Origin: a bacterium
GTDB lineage: Bacteria > Patescibacteriota > Minisyncoccia > Portnoybacterales > GWB1-42-6
DNA length: 64,000 nucleotides
Reading direction: 5' to 3'
Assembly (NCBI GenBank): GCA_043800535.1
Contig: JAZDMV010000023.1
Span: 111,186-175,185 of the forward strand
A program made the position numbers and the translations under genes. Under the pieces are notes generated by a model that was not told the origin of the DNA, ran no database searches, and saw nothing but the letters and a program-made list of their open reading frames with translations. Below, piece by piece: positions 30,696-40,100 of this stretch. Positions within the stretch are counted from its first letter, which is position 1, and every line of letters begins with the position of its first letter.

Positions 30696-31837
30696 AAGTT
30701 ACTTCCCGCCAAATCCTTAAATATGGCGGCCGTTTTTTCTATAACATCGCCCCATTTGAATTTTTCCGCCATTTTTTTGCCGGCAACAATAAATTTTTCA
30801 CGCAGGTCCTCATTTTCCAAAAGCTGTCTTATCGCTTTCTCCCAGGCGCGTTCATAGTTATACGGCACCAGCAGCCCGCTTTCTTCATCTTCAATAAGTT
30901 CCGGGTTGCCGCCAACAGGAGTCGTGATGACCGGCACACCCACCTGCATGGCGTTTAATATCGCATGCGACAGGCCTTCATAATTTGTGTTCAGAACGAA
31001 AATTGTTGAACGGGCAAAAATTTTATGGGTTTCCTGTTCCGAAATCTTGCCGTGGAATCTGACGTTTTTTTCCAGCTCCAGCTCCCGTACCAGCTTTTTT
31101 AATTTTCCCAACTCGCTCCCGCTCCCCAAAACATCAAAAATTATATCAGGATACTGCGTTTTGAGTCTGGTCACAATTTTAACAAGCATGTCCACACCCT
31201 TCCAGGGAGTGAGGCGTCCCGAAAAAACCAGGGTCGGCGAATCAGGCATCTGGCGCTCGGGCAGGACGCCAAAAAAATCAACTGCGTTGTAAATAACTCT
31301 AACTTTTTTGGAAGAGACGCCGATCCTGATTGCCAGATCCCGCATAAAATTACTGACCGCTACAACCGTGTTTGCTGACTTTAAAATTTTTGTTCTTTGG
31401 TTTTTTCGCTTCTCGATATATCCGCCGTATGTTCTTTCCTGAAAAACCAAAATGTCATCACCTGTTAAGCCGCGGTTGGCGGCCGCTTCCCAGGCCGAAT
31501 CGCCGGCAAAACGGACAATAAATTTCTTGCGCCAGAATTTGGCAGCCAGCATTGAGCTGTAGCCGGGCGCGTATAGATCGGTTGTGTAAATAATGTCTGC
31601 ATGGCGCGCCAGAAAAAAAGTCCTGATAAGAAACATCATCTGGCGCAAACCCGCCGGCCACCGCCGCGAAACGCTCGCTAGCTTAAACGGCCGCGCCTTT
31701 TTTTCTGGCGCGCCATAAGTCAAAACTGTTATTTCAAAACCGGCCCCGCTTAAATCCGAAGCCAGCCGCTCAATAAAAGTGGCCGGGCCGCCAATATCGG
31801 GCGGAAAAATTCCGGTGGTAATTAGTACTTTTTTCAT
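30692..31837 (-). CDS. Glycosyltransferase family 4
   Basis: YEGLSHAILNAMQVGVPVITTPVGGNPELIEDEESGLLV. Confidence 0.8.
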   Translation of the reverse strand: MKKVLITTGIFPPDIGGPATFIERLASDLSGAGFEITVLTYGAPEKKARPFKLASVSRRWPAGLRQMMFLIRTFFLARHADIIYTTDLYAPGYSSMLAAKFWRKKFIVRFAGDSAWEAAANRGLTGDDILVFQERTYGGYIEKRKNQRTKILKSANTVVAVSNFMRDLAIRIGVSSKKVRVIYNAVDFFGVLPERQMPDSPTLVFSGRLTPWKGVDMLVKIVTRLKTQYPDIIFDVLGSGSELGKLKKLVRELELEKNVRFHGKISEQETHKIFARSTIFVLNTNYEGLSHAILNAMQVGVPVITTPVGGNPELIEDEESGLLVPYNYERAWEKAIRQLLENEDLREKFIVAGKKMAEKFKWGDVIEKTAAIFKDLAGSNL

Positions 31838-31841
31838 CAGA

Positions 31842-32372
31842 TTAATTTTCCTGTATTGCCAGATGACGCCGCGCCGCCAAATATAAAATCAATTCATAGG
31901 CCCCGAAAAAGATCGCTGAATAAACCAGATCCCCTGCCAATGTGTTGCGGAAAAACGGCAAAGCTAAGGTAAAGCAGGAAATAAGGCCGGCGAAAGTATG
32001 CGGATACCAACTGAAAAATGCCCAAACCGCAAAGTTAGTGACTATAAAAAACGCGACAGACGAAAGCAAAGAAGCAAAACCGACATTATACCATTTAAGA
32101 TGTTTGCTCAAAAACCAGCCGATGACAAAAGCCAACGCCAAAGAAATATAAACCGATAACATCACCTGCCAATCATAAAACCCGATAAAAAAATCACTGA
32201 CAAACATAGCGGCTAACGGCAAAATAACCCCCCATTTTTTACCTAAATAACAGCCGGCAAACAAACTCATCGCTGCGATCGGCGCAAAATTAAAGGGGTG
32301 CTTAACCAGCCGCGAAGCAGCTGCCAACAAGATTATCAAAGCCGCAATAATAATTTTTGTTTTTTTACTCAT
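31842..32372 (-). CDS. Small polytopic membrane protein (5-6 TM), possibly an ECF-transporter S-component-like substrate-binding protein
   Basis: 176 aa, hydrophobic throughout. The assignment rests on size and topology only; no diagnostic motif was seen. Confidence 0.35.
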   Translation of the reverse strand: MSKKTKIIIAALIILLAAASRLVKHPFNFAPIAAMSLFAGCYLGKKWGVILPLAAMFVSDFFIGFYDWQVMLSVYISLALAFVIGWFLSKHLKWYNVGFASLLSSVAFFIVTNFAVWAFFSWYPHTFAGLISCFTLALPFFRNTLAGDLVYSAIFFGAYELILYLAARRHLAIQEN

Positions 32373-32381
32373 AATATTTTA

Positions 32382-33560
32382 TTATTTATTATTAATTATT
32401 ATCTGATTAAAAATATTCTTAATTTCCTCAGTGATTAAATTCCAATCATATTTTTCTTCAACCAGTTTTTTTGCGTTAACAATAAGTTTCTGCCGCAGCT
32501 CGTTGTTTTCTAAAATCATTTTTACTTTTTCCGCGATGCTTTCGGGATTTTTCACTTCACAAAATAGACCCGTAGCTTGCTCTAAGCTTGTCGAAGGGTC
32601 TTTTAAAAAATCAGGAATTCCGCCAACAGCCGTTCCGATAATCGGCACTCCAGCCGCCATTGCTTCTAAAAAAGAATTGCCCAGCCCTTCGGATAACGCC
32701 GGCCTGACAAACACATCCGAGATCGCCAAGTATTCGGGCACCTTATCGTTCGAAACATTCCCCAAAAATAGGACCCTATCCTGCAACTTCAAACTTTTGA
32801 CTTTTGACTTTAAGCTTTCCTCCAACTCGCCCGTGCCAAGAATTAAAAATTTTATATTCTCCGGCAGATATTGCATCGCGTCAATTATGTCCCCAACCGC
32901 GTTCTTCTTCACCAGCCGCGACGTGGTAATTACTACTTTTTCACCGTCTCTTATCCCTAATTTCTGCTTTAATTCATCAATTTTAAACTTTTCACTTTGC
33001 ATTTTAAACTTTTCTATGTCCACTCCATTTGGCACAATTTCAATAGGACATTTCGCACCCATTTCCCCTGCCCAATCAACTAAAAATCTGCTTATACATT
33101 GAATACGGTCAGCCTGAACAAAAATTTGTCTGAATCTGCCCTGCGCCATCCCCACTCTCTTTCTTATATATTCCGGGTCATCGCCCTCTTGTAAGGTAAG
33201 CAAAAACGGGATTTCTTTGTTTCTATTTTTAAAAGACAGCGCCGCAAAACCGCCATAGCTTGCCATTACTGACCAGATCGCATCATACTTGTTTCTCTCA
33301 TGCATTTTCTGCGCCAGGCGGCCGCCAAAAAATGACAGCCAATATTTATCAAACTTTGCGACTCCAATGCCAATTCTAAAAACATTGACATTACCCACGC
33401 GCTCTTCTTTTGGTAATTTCCTGTCCAGCCGCGCCGTTATCATGTCAAACTGAAATCCGCCAGCTGGCGGACTGGGCAGCCGATCGGTGATCTCCTTGAC
33501 CGCCACCTCTGCCCCGCCGACAAACGGAAAATATGCAGTTGAAAAAATAAGAATGCGCAT
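32382..33560 (-). CDS. Glycosyltransferase family 4
   Basis: EGLGNSFLEAMAAGVPIIGTAVGGIPDFL. Confidence 0.8.
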   Translation of the reverse strand: MRILIFSTAYFPFVGGAEVAVKEITDRLPSPPAGGFQFDMITARLDRKLPKEERVGNVNVFRIGIGVAKFDKYWLSFFGGRLAQKMHERNKYDAIWSVMASYGGFAALSFKNRNKEIPFLLTLQEGDDPEYIRKRVGMAQGRFRQIFVQADRIQCISRFLVDWAGEMGAKCPIEIVPNGVDIEKFKMQSEKFKIDELKQKLGIRDGEKVVITTSRLVKKNAVGDIIDAMQYLPENIKFLILGTGELEESLKSKVKSLKLQDRVLFLGNVSNDKVPEYLAISDVFVRPALSEGLGNSFLEAMAAGVPIIGTAVGGIPDFLKDPSTSLEQATGLFCEVKNPESIAEKVKMILENNELRQKLIVNAKKLVEEKYDWNLITEEIKNIFNQIIINNK

Positions 33561-33568
33561 TTTAGCGG

Positions 33569-34534
33569 TTAAATAATTTTTCTAAAATATTCTATTGTTT
33601 TTTTAAGCCCCCCTTCAAGCGGAATTTTCGGCTGCCAGCCCAGCATCTTTTTGGCCAAGGAAATATCGGGCCGCCGCTGTTTCGGGTCGTCGGAAGGCAA
33701 CGGCTTAAAAACAATTTTGCTTTTTGAACCGGTCAATTTAATTACTTTAGCTGCTAATTCTTTTATGGCGAACTCATTCGGATTGCCAAGATTAACCGGC
33801 CCGACGAAATTTTCCTCCTTCATCATCAAAATCAGCCCTTTGATCAAATCGTCTATGTAACAAAAACTTCTTGTCTGGCTACCATCGCCATAAATTGTAA
33901 TTGGATCTCCTTTCAATGCATGAAAAATAAAATTCGGCACCGCCCTTCCGTCATTATGGCTCATTCTTGACCCATAGGTGTTAAAAATTCTGACCACTTT
34001 TATATCAACGCCGTATTCGTTCCAATAATCAAAAAATAAAGTTTCGGCACATCGCTTCCCTTCGTCATAACAGCTTCGCAAGCCGAACGGATTGACATTA
34101 CCCCAGTAACTTTCCGGCTGCGGATGAATTTCCGGGTCTCCATATATTTCAGAAGTTGAGGTTTGCAAAACCCGGCATTTTAATTTTTTAGCCAACTCTA
34201 AGGCGTTAATCGCGCCCAAGATATTCGTCTTAACGGTTTTGACGGGATCTTTCCGATACCAAATCGGGGCGGCCGGACAAGCCAAATTATAAATCTCGTC
34301 TACTTTGAAATAATAAGGTTTTTCTGCGTCATGTTTAACCAGCTTAAAACTTTTATTTTTTAAAAGATGAGCGATATTGTTGCGCGAGCCCGCAAAAAAA
34401 TTATCAAGGCAGATAACTTTATCGCCCCGCCTAATCAGATATTCGCACAAATGCGAGCCGATAAAACCGGCGCCGCCGGTTACCAAAGCGGTTTTTTGAT
34501 TTTTCGATTTTTTACCTGTCTTTTGCCTGTTCAT
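33569..34534 (-). CDS. UDP-glucuronate decarboxylase (UDP-xylose synthase)-type NAD-dependent epimerase/dehydratase
   Basis: [27 protein letters not shown] is the YxxxK motif. Strong overall similarity to UXS/ArnA-decarboxylase family members. Confidence 0.8.
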   Translation of the reverse strand: MNRQKTGKKSKNQKTALVTGGAGFIGSHLCEYLIRRGDKVICLDNFFAGSRNNIAHLLKNKSFKLVKHDAEKPYYFKVDEIYNLACPAAPIWYRKDPVKTVKTNILGAINALELAKKLKCRVLQTSTSEIYGDPEIHPQPESYWGNVNPFGLRSCYDEGKRCAETLFFDYWNEYGVDIKVVRIFNTYGSRMSHNDGRAVPNFIFHALKGDPITIYGDGSQTRSFCYIDDLIKGLILMMKEENFVGPVNLGNPNEFAIKELAAKVIKLTGSKSKIVFKPLPSDDPKQRRPDISLAKKMLGWQPKIPLEGGLKKTIEYFRKII

Positions 34535-35315
34535 CTTTCTTTATAAGTTCGTCATTAATCTTCTCCGCTATTTTTAGCAACTTAAGGTCAACGCCCAAAT
34601 CATCCCCTTTTTGGATTAAGGCCTTGATATCTTTTGGTAGGCATTTACCGCCATAGCCGCGATATCCTTTATGGAAAATTTCAAGATGCGTCCGGCCGAT
34701 TCTTTTGTCAGCCGCGGCGCATTCCATCATCCGGCTATAATCTATTTTCAGGGCCTGGCAAAGATCATACATCTGGTTGGCAAAAATCACTTTCACCGAA
34801 AACCATGTATTGCCAAAATATTTGATCATTTCCGCTTCGGTAGCCGGGATAATTCTTTCAAGCGGGGCCAAGGGCAAAATTTGCATGATATCGCCGGCGA
34901 TGCTATAACTCTTTTTTGTGTAGCCGACAATCTGCCGGTCAGGATAGCGCATATCCTGATCAGCGGACAGCTCGGTCAAAAATTCAGGATTGAACAAAAT
35001 TTTGTGCCGGGGATATTTTTTCTGAAAATATTCCGTGGTGCCGGGCAAAACAGTTGATTTGATGACAACGATTCTCGGGCCATTTAACAATTTAAAGGCC
35101 TCTTCCACCGCCGACAGGTCAAATCCACCTCTTTTATCAAAAGGCGTCGGCACGCATATAAAAATGACATCTGCTTTATTGACGTCTTTTGACGAACCCA
35201 GGCCTGCGTACTTATCATACAAAAGCGGCTTTTCCCCGCTCGACTCAAAATAACGGACCATTGCTCCGCCCACCATGCCAACTCCAATAATGCCAATTTT
35301 ATGTTTTTTTATCAT
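34512..35315 (-). CDS. Nucleotide-sugar (UDP-glucose/GDP-mannose) 6-dehydrogenase family, short form lacking the C-terminal NDP-sugar-binding domain
   Basis: [33 protein letters not shown] carries the catalytic Cys motif. Only 267 aa, and it ends right after the central domain. Confidence 0.65.
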   Translation of the reverse strand: MIKKHKIGIIGVGMVGGAMVRYFESSGEKPLLYDKYAGLGSSKDVNKADVIFICVPTPFDKRGGFDLSAVEEAFKLLNGPRIVVIKSTVLPGTTEYFQKKYPRHKILFNPEFLTELSADQDMRYPDRQIVGYTKKSYSIAGDIMQILPLAPLERIIPATEAEMIKYFGNTWFSVKVIFANQMYDLCQALKIDYSRMMECAAADKRIGRTHLEIFHKGYRGYGGKCLPKDIKALIQKGDDLGVDLKLLKIAEKINDELIKKDEQAKDR

Positions 35316-35343
35316 TGGCTTGCTTATTTGTTCGTTATTTTAT

Positions 35344-35372
35344 ATTCTAAATTGAGAAGGGCTAAAAGTCAA
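35344..35372 (-). promoter_or_regulatory. Sigma70-like promoter for the long minus-strand glycan operon
   Basis: Minus strand reads TTGACT, a 17-nt spacer, then TAGAAT. It lies about 25 nt upstream of the 35315 start codon. Confidence 0.4.
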
Positions 35373-35375
35373 TTT

Positions 35376-36521
35376 ATGGACCAGACGAAAAAAAGAATCC
35401 TATATCTAATAACCCAATCAAATTTTGGCGGCGCCCAAAAATACGTTTTTGATTTGGCGACCAATCTAGATAAGCGTGATTTTGATGTGGCGGTGGCAGC
35501 TGGCGGCAATGGCGAACTTTTTTCTCGTCTTGGGGCAGCGGGAATCAAGGTTTTCGAGCTCAAATGGCTACGCCGTTCAATCCTCAACCCAATAGCCGAC
35601 TTAATGGCTTATTTTGAGATTAAAAAACTGCTTGAAACCTGGCAGCCGGATGTACTCCATCTTAATAGCTCAAAAATCTCGGTTTTAGGCGCTTTAGCCG
35701 CCCGCAACCTGCCTATAAAAGTTATCTACACAGTTCATGGCGTTGTTTTTAAAGGGTCTTTCTCCTGGCTGGCAAAAAGGTTTTTCCTTTGGGCCGAAAC
35801 TTGGACCGCCCAATTCAAACACAAGATCATCTGCGTTTCCGAATACGACCGCGCTCTTTGGCAAAGGCATTGCGTTGCTCCGCCAGAAAAATTAATCACC
35901 ATCCACAACGGCATAGATTTAAACATGAATTTTCTGCCCAAAGACCAGGCGCGAAAAATCATTTTTAATAATTGCGCGCTGCCGGACAATTGTCATATCG
36001 TCGGCTGGCTCGGCTATTTTTACCCTGAAAAGAATCTTCTTACTTTGCTTACCGCCGCCGAGCTCCTTTTGCCTGTTCAAAGGACTAAACGCAAAAACGT
36101 AATTTTTGCCATTATCGGCAACGGGCAACTGGAAAAGGAGTTAAAAGCAAAAGTAAAAAATTCCGGCCTGCAGGACAAAATCCTGTTTTTTGGCGCAATT
36201 CAGGAAGCCAAACAATATATCAAGGCCTTTGATGTTTTAACTTTACCCTCTACCAAAGAAGGCCTGCCCTACACAATTATGGAAGGGATGGCCGCCGGCG
36301 TGCCAATTGTGGCAAGCCGCGTTGGCGGTATACCGGAAATGATAACTGACAATTTCAACGGATTCTTAATTTCGCCAAGAGACCCAGAAGCATTAGCCGA
36401 AAAAATAATGCAGATCATTGAAAACCCGGCGCTCGCCCGCCAGTTTTCCCAAAATTCGCTCCAGCGCGTTAAGGAATTTTCTCTGGAAAAAATGACCATG
36501 CAAACCCAGGCGTTGTATTAA
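35376..36521 (+). CDS. Glycosyltransferase family 4 (divergently transcribed)
   Basis: RILYLITQSNFGGAQKYVF. EGLPYTIMEGMAAGVPIVASRVGGIPEMI. The start is taken at MDQTKK (the six-frame ORF starts at 35301). Confidence 0.8.
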   Translation: MDQTKKRILYLITQSNFGGAQKYVFDLATNLDKRDFDVAVAAGGNGELFSRLGAAGIKVFELKWLRRSILNPIADLMAYFEIKKLLETWQPDVLHLNSSKISVLGALAARNLPIKVIYTVHGVVFKGSFSWLAKRFFLWAETWTAQFKHKIICVSEYDRALWQRHCVAPPEKLITIHNGIDLNMNFLPKDQARKIIFNNCALPDNCHIVGWLGYFYPEKNLLTLLTAAELLLPVQRTKRKNVIFAIIGNGQLEKELKAKVKNSGLQDKILFFGAIQEAKQYIKAFDVLTLPSTKEGLPYTIMEGMAAGVPIVASRVGGIPEMITDNFNGFLISPRDPEALAEKIMQIIENPALARQFSQNSLQRVKEFSLEKMTMQTQALY

Positions 36522-36539
36522 CAGTACTTTCACATTTTT

Positions 36540-36582
36540 ATCCCCACACCAGACCATGGTCTTATGCCTGTGGTGTGGGGAT
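36540..36582. repeat. Palindromic hairpin element with a 12-bp stem atccccacacca/tggtgtggggat (copy 1 of 2)
   Basis: Perfect 12-bp inverted repeat with a 19-nt loop. The identical stem recurs at 53002-53046. It sits just 3-prime of the GT4 gene. Confidence 0.5.
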
Positions 36583-36645
36583 TTATCTGCGGCAGTCGGC
36601 TAGGACTTATAAAAACTTTTCTACCTAAGCGAAAGGAGGCCCGCT

Positions 36646-36978
36646 ATGAATAGTAAAAAACACTGGTATCTGGCACTGATCAAGATTTGGATTTTTGTTG
36701 TAATCGTCTATGATGCAATCTGCCTCTATTTCCTCTTCACTGAATCCTGGATTTTTTCATACACCTACCAAGATGGCATGCCCGCTCTTTTGGCGCTTGT
36801 CCTTTTCTCCTTTTTCACTCTCACGGCAGCAGCCATCTTTTTGTTCTACTGCCCTCCTATATCGGCAGAAAAAACCCAGCAACCTGCCCCTAATCACAAA
36901 AGTCGATTTCACGATTTATGCCATAGACTGTCCGGATCCATTTCTTCGTTCTTCCACAGACCCAGACCCGCAACTTAA
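36646..36978 (+). CDS. Small hypothetical membrane protein
   Basis: Strong Shine-Dalgarno aaaggagg 8 nt upstream of the ATG. Two or three predicted TM helices. 110 aa. Confidence 0.45.
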   Translation: MNSKKHWYLALIKIWIFVVIVYDAICLYFLFTESWIFSYTYQDGMPALLALVLFSFFTLTAAAIFLFYCPPISAEKTQQPAPNHKSRFHDLCHRLSGSISSFFHRPRPAT

Positions 36979-37055
36979 CTGCATAATCCCGCCGCCAATC
37001 AAAAAAGGCCCTGCAACCGCCGGGCCTTTTAAAATTCTTACATAATATTTATTTC

Positions 37056-37095
37056 ATGTAATTCTTTCATACTTGCAAGTATGAAAGAATTACAT
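37056..37095. terminator. Perfect 40-bp palindrome between convergent genes, likely a bidirectional terminator
   Basis: atgtaattctttcatacttg/caagtatgaaagaattacat. AT-rich flanks and a T-run follow. Confidence 0.4.
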
Positions 37096-37130
37096 AGACG
37101 CATTTTTCCCTCTTCGCATCAAAATCCCAA

Positions 37131-37176
37131 TCGTACATACACTCCCGTGCTCGGGAGCACGGGAGTGTATGTACGA
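37131..37176. repeat. Palindromic repeat family A copy 1 (core actcccgtgctcgggagcacgggag)
   Basis: 22-bp perfect stem with a gg loop. It lies immediately after the stop of 37193-41011. Confidence 0.5.
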
Positions 37177-37192
37177 TACTAAATTAAAGGTG

Positions 37193-40100
37193 TCACTCAA
37201 CCTGTCCGCTGGTATAGTAAACTTGATAATTCTGCGCACCGCCGTAAAAGACGAGACGCAAAATATTCTGAGCGTCTATCACTCCCCTTGCCCACCTGAC
37301 GTAAAACGGAAATTCAAGAATTTTTCTGGGTTGCCGCCACCGGCCACCTTCTCTTTGCAAAACCATATACATTTCATAATTAACTCCGTTGTTGGCACAA
37401 AAAATCAAATACGGCTTACCCGAACTATTCAAAATTAATTCCGGCAAACTTAGAATTTCTGCGGGGTCGCCCAATGAAAAAACTTGCACTGTTGAGGTAG
37501 CAATACCGTCAAATTCTATCATGCGAATCTCGCGAACCCTCCATTCCCAACTAATTAAAAGCTTGCCCTCTTTATTAAATATCATTTCCGGCTTTTCACC
37601 GAGCGACCACACCTCGCTGAAGTTAAAAATTTTCCGTGCTTCGCTCCAGCCAAAACCATCCTGATTATTAAATGCATAATAGATGCCGTCACAAGCCCCA
37701 CTCTGGCAGCGATACCAGACCGCATGCAATTTCCCATTTCCGTCTAAAACTATATTTGGCGTAACGCCATAATCAGAATCAATAATTTTTTCAATAGCCT
37801 CCGCAAACGAACCGTCTGCGCCGAGCTTTCTATAAAGTATTGCCGAAACGTATGAAGTCGTGGAGACTGTGCCTTGCCAAATAATATGAGTGCTGCCAGT
37901 TTGATCAATTACGCCAGACGGCGAAAAATTATTACGGCCGTCTCCGGAAACATTCTGCACCGCCTCCCAAACGCCAGCGTTATAGCGCGAATAAAAAACA
38001 TCAAAACCCGGCGGGCTGCCCCAGGGCCGCGGTTTCACTTCCCCGTCAAAAATGACACTCACATTGTTTTCTCTTATAAAGATTTGCGGCGGATAGCTCC
38101 ACGGACCAAATTCGCTTCCGATGTTTTCAATCTCGCCCCAGCTGCCACCGCTATTTTTATTTGAAACAGCAATAAAAGTATTCTCTGTTGTATAAGCAAA
38201 ATGCCAAATAACCGATGGCCTGCTTTCGCTGTTTAAAACAATCCCCGGCAAAACAGAAGTTGTTGTTGTCGCATTGCCCGAAATTATTTCCGGCTCAGCC
38301 AAAGAGATTGGGAATATTACAGAAGTCGTTGAAGCGACATTACTGAAAACACAATAATCCAAATTATCACAGGCCGCAATCCTGTAATAATAATCTGTTT
38401 CTGATTCTAATGTGGTGTCACGAAAATTTGTCGCGCTAATATTATCTGTGACACTCGTCGTCGCAAATGAATTATCATAAGACCGGATCACTTTATATTT
38501 TTCCAGGCCCGGCAGGGCGCTCGCTGTCCATTCAAGCAAAGTTGATGTCGCGGTTGTTTCTTTGACGGGATAAAGATAGAAAAATTCCAAATTGAAAACA
38601 CTGTTTTGGGATTTTGGAGTACCATTTATTGCCCGGCCGTCCGCGTTAATGCCCGAACGCGTGCTGGTGCTATTACTTTTCCAATTCCCAGGCACATCCC
38701 AGGCCAAATAAGGATTTACGCGTTCCATGCTCAAGTAGTGCGGGCCAGCCGTGCCTGCTGGCCAGCCGATTGAAAAATCAGCCCAATCAATTATCCCGCC
38801 AGTATTATCTATAAGGCGCAAATTTTCTCCAGAGTTTGATAGACCGCTCCCGCCAAAACTATGTGCTAAATCAGCCACTATGTCACTAACCGTGCCATCG
38901 TCTCCGCGTTCAATTAAATAATATGATCTTGGCGCTATCGTATTTTGCAAATTTGCCACAGTGGTCGTGGCGCCTACTACCTCCGCTATTTGCCAACCGG
39001 TTAAATCTATTGTTCCGTCCGTTTTATTATAGAGTTCTATCCACTCGTCAGCCGAAGTCGAAGCGCTTGTCCCTGCCCAGGCAATTTCGTTAATAACGAC
39101 GGGATAAAAATTTATTGACGCGGCAACTTCCTGCCATTCGCCTGCGCTGCTGCTTGCGTTAGTAGCGCGTGCCCGAAAATAATAAATTGTTAAATCCTGC
39201 GACCCCTCAAAAATTTTGCTTTCGCTCGTTGTCGCAATTTCCCAATCCTGCCAAACAATAGCCGAGCTTGAGCCAATTTTGTATTGAACGCTATAGGACG
39301 CAACGTCTGTTGATGAACTATGCCAATTGACGTCAAAACTTCGCGCTGCATTTTTGTAATCCGAAAGCCAAATTGAAATTTCGGGCGGCGAACTGCTATT
39401 TTCATCTGGCTCTTCTGATTCATCTTGCGTTCCTGACTGTTCATCTCCTATTTCATCGGAGCTACTGCTCCGATGAAAAATAGCTCGCTCATGTAGCGGG
39501 CTTGATGTCGCTTTTGGTAAATTTAATTTAAAAATCTGTTCTGAAATTTGCGGTGTTTCTGGTGCAAAAACCTCTTCTGTTATTTGCGGCTGTTGCGGCA
39601 AATTACCGCTAGAATCGGTTTGGATGACATTGGCCGGCATTATTGGTTTTTGCGGAGCAGCTGTTCCGAGAACTAAATTTTTTGACGTCTGCGCTGATGT
39701 TGCGGCCGGCGGCGAACTGACCACCGATGGCTTAGCAACCTGACCCGTATCGCCTTGGGAAACCTGCGTCTGCGTTGAAAAAAACAAAGATGCAAATAAG
39801 CCAGAAACACCATTGTATGTTGTGCCCCAGGCCGACGATATCTGACCAAAAATGTCCTGTATCCCCGGCCAAATTTTTATAAACTCTCCATATGGAGAAA
39901 ATAATGGAGTCAGCTCGCGCGCCGAAAGAATGGCGGTCAAGCCGGTTGTAAACTTAAGCATGCCATTTGAAACATTCGGCGGCGGCTTTAATAAATTTCT
40001 GTCTTTTTCCGCTTTGGCGACTTCTTCGTGAAAAATTCTGATAACCTCCGTTCCGGCTAAGACGGCCTGTTTGGAAAGAAGACGCCAATAGGAGGACAGG

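Noticed and set aside
36979-37192. Possible small ORF 37169-37438 (+) starting inside palindromic repeat copy 1
   Set aside because: It lies entirely antisense within the 3-prime end of the 1272-aa gene and begins inside the hairpin. It is spurious.
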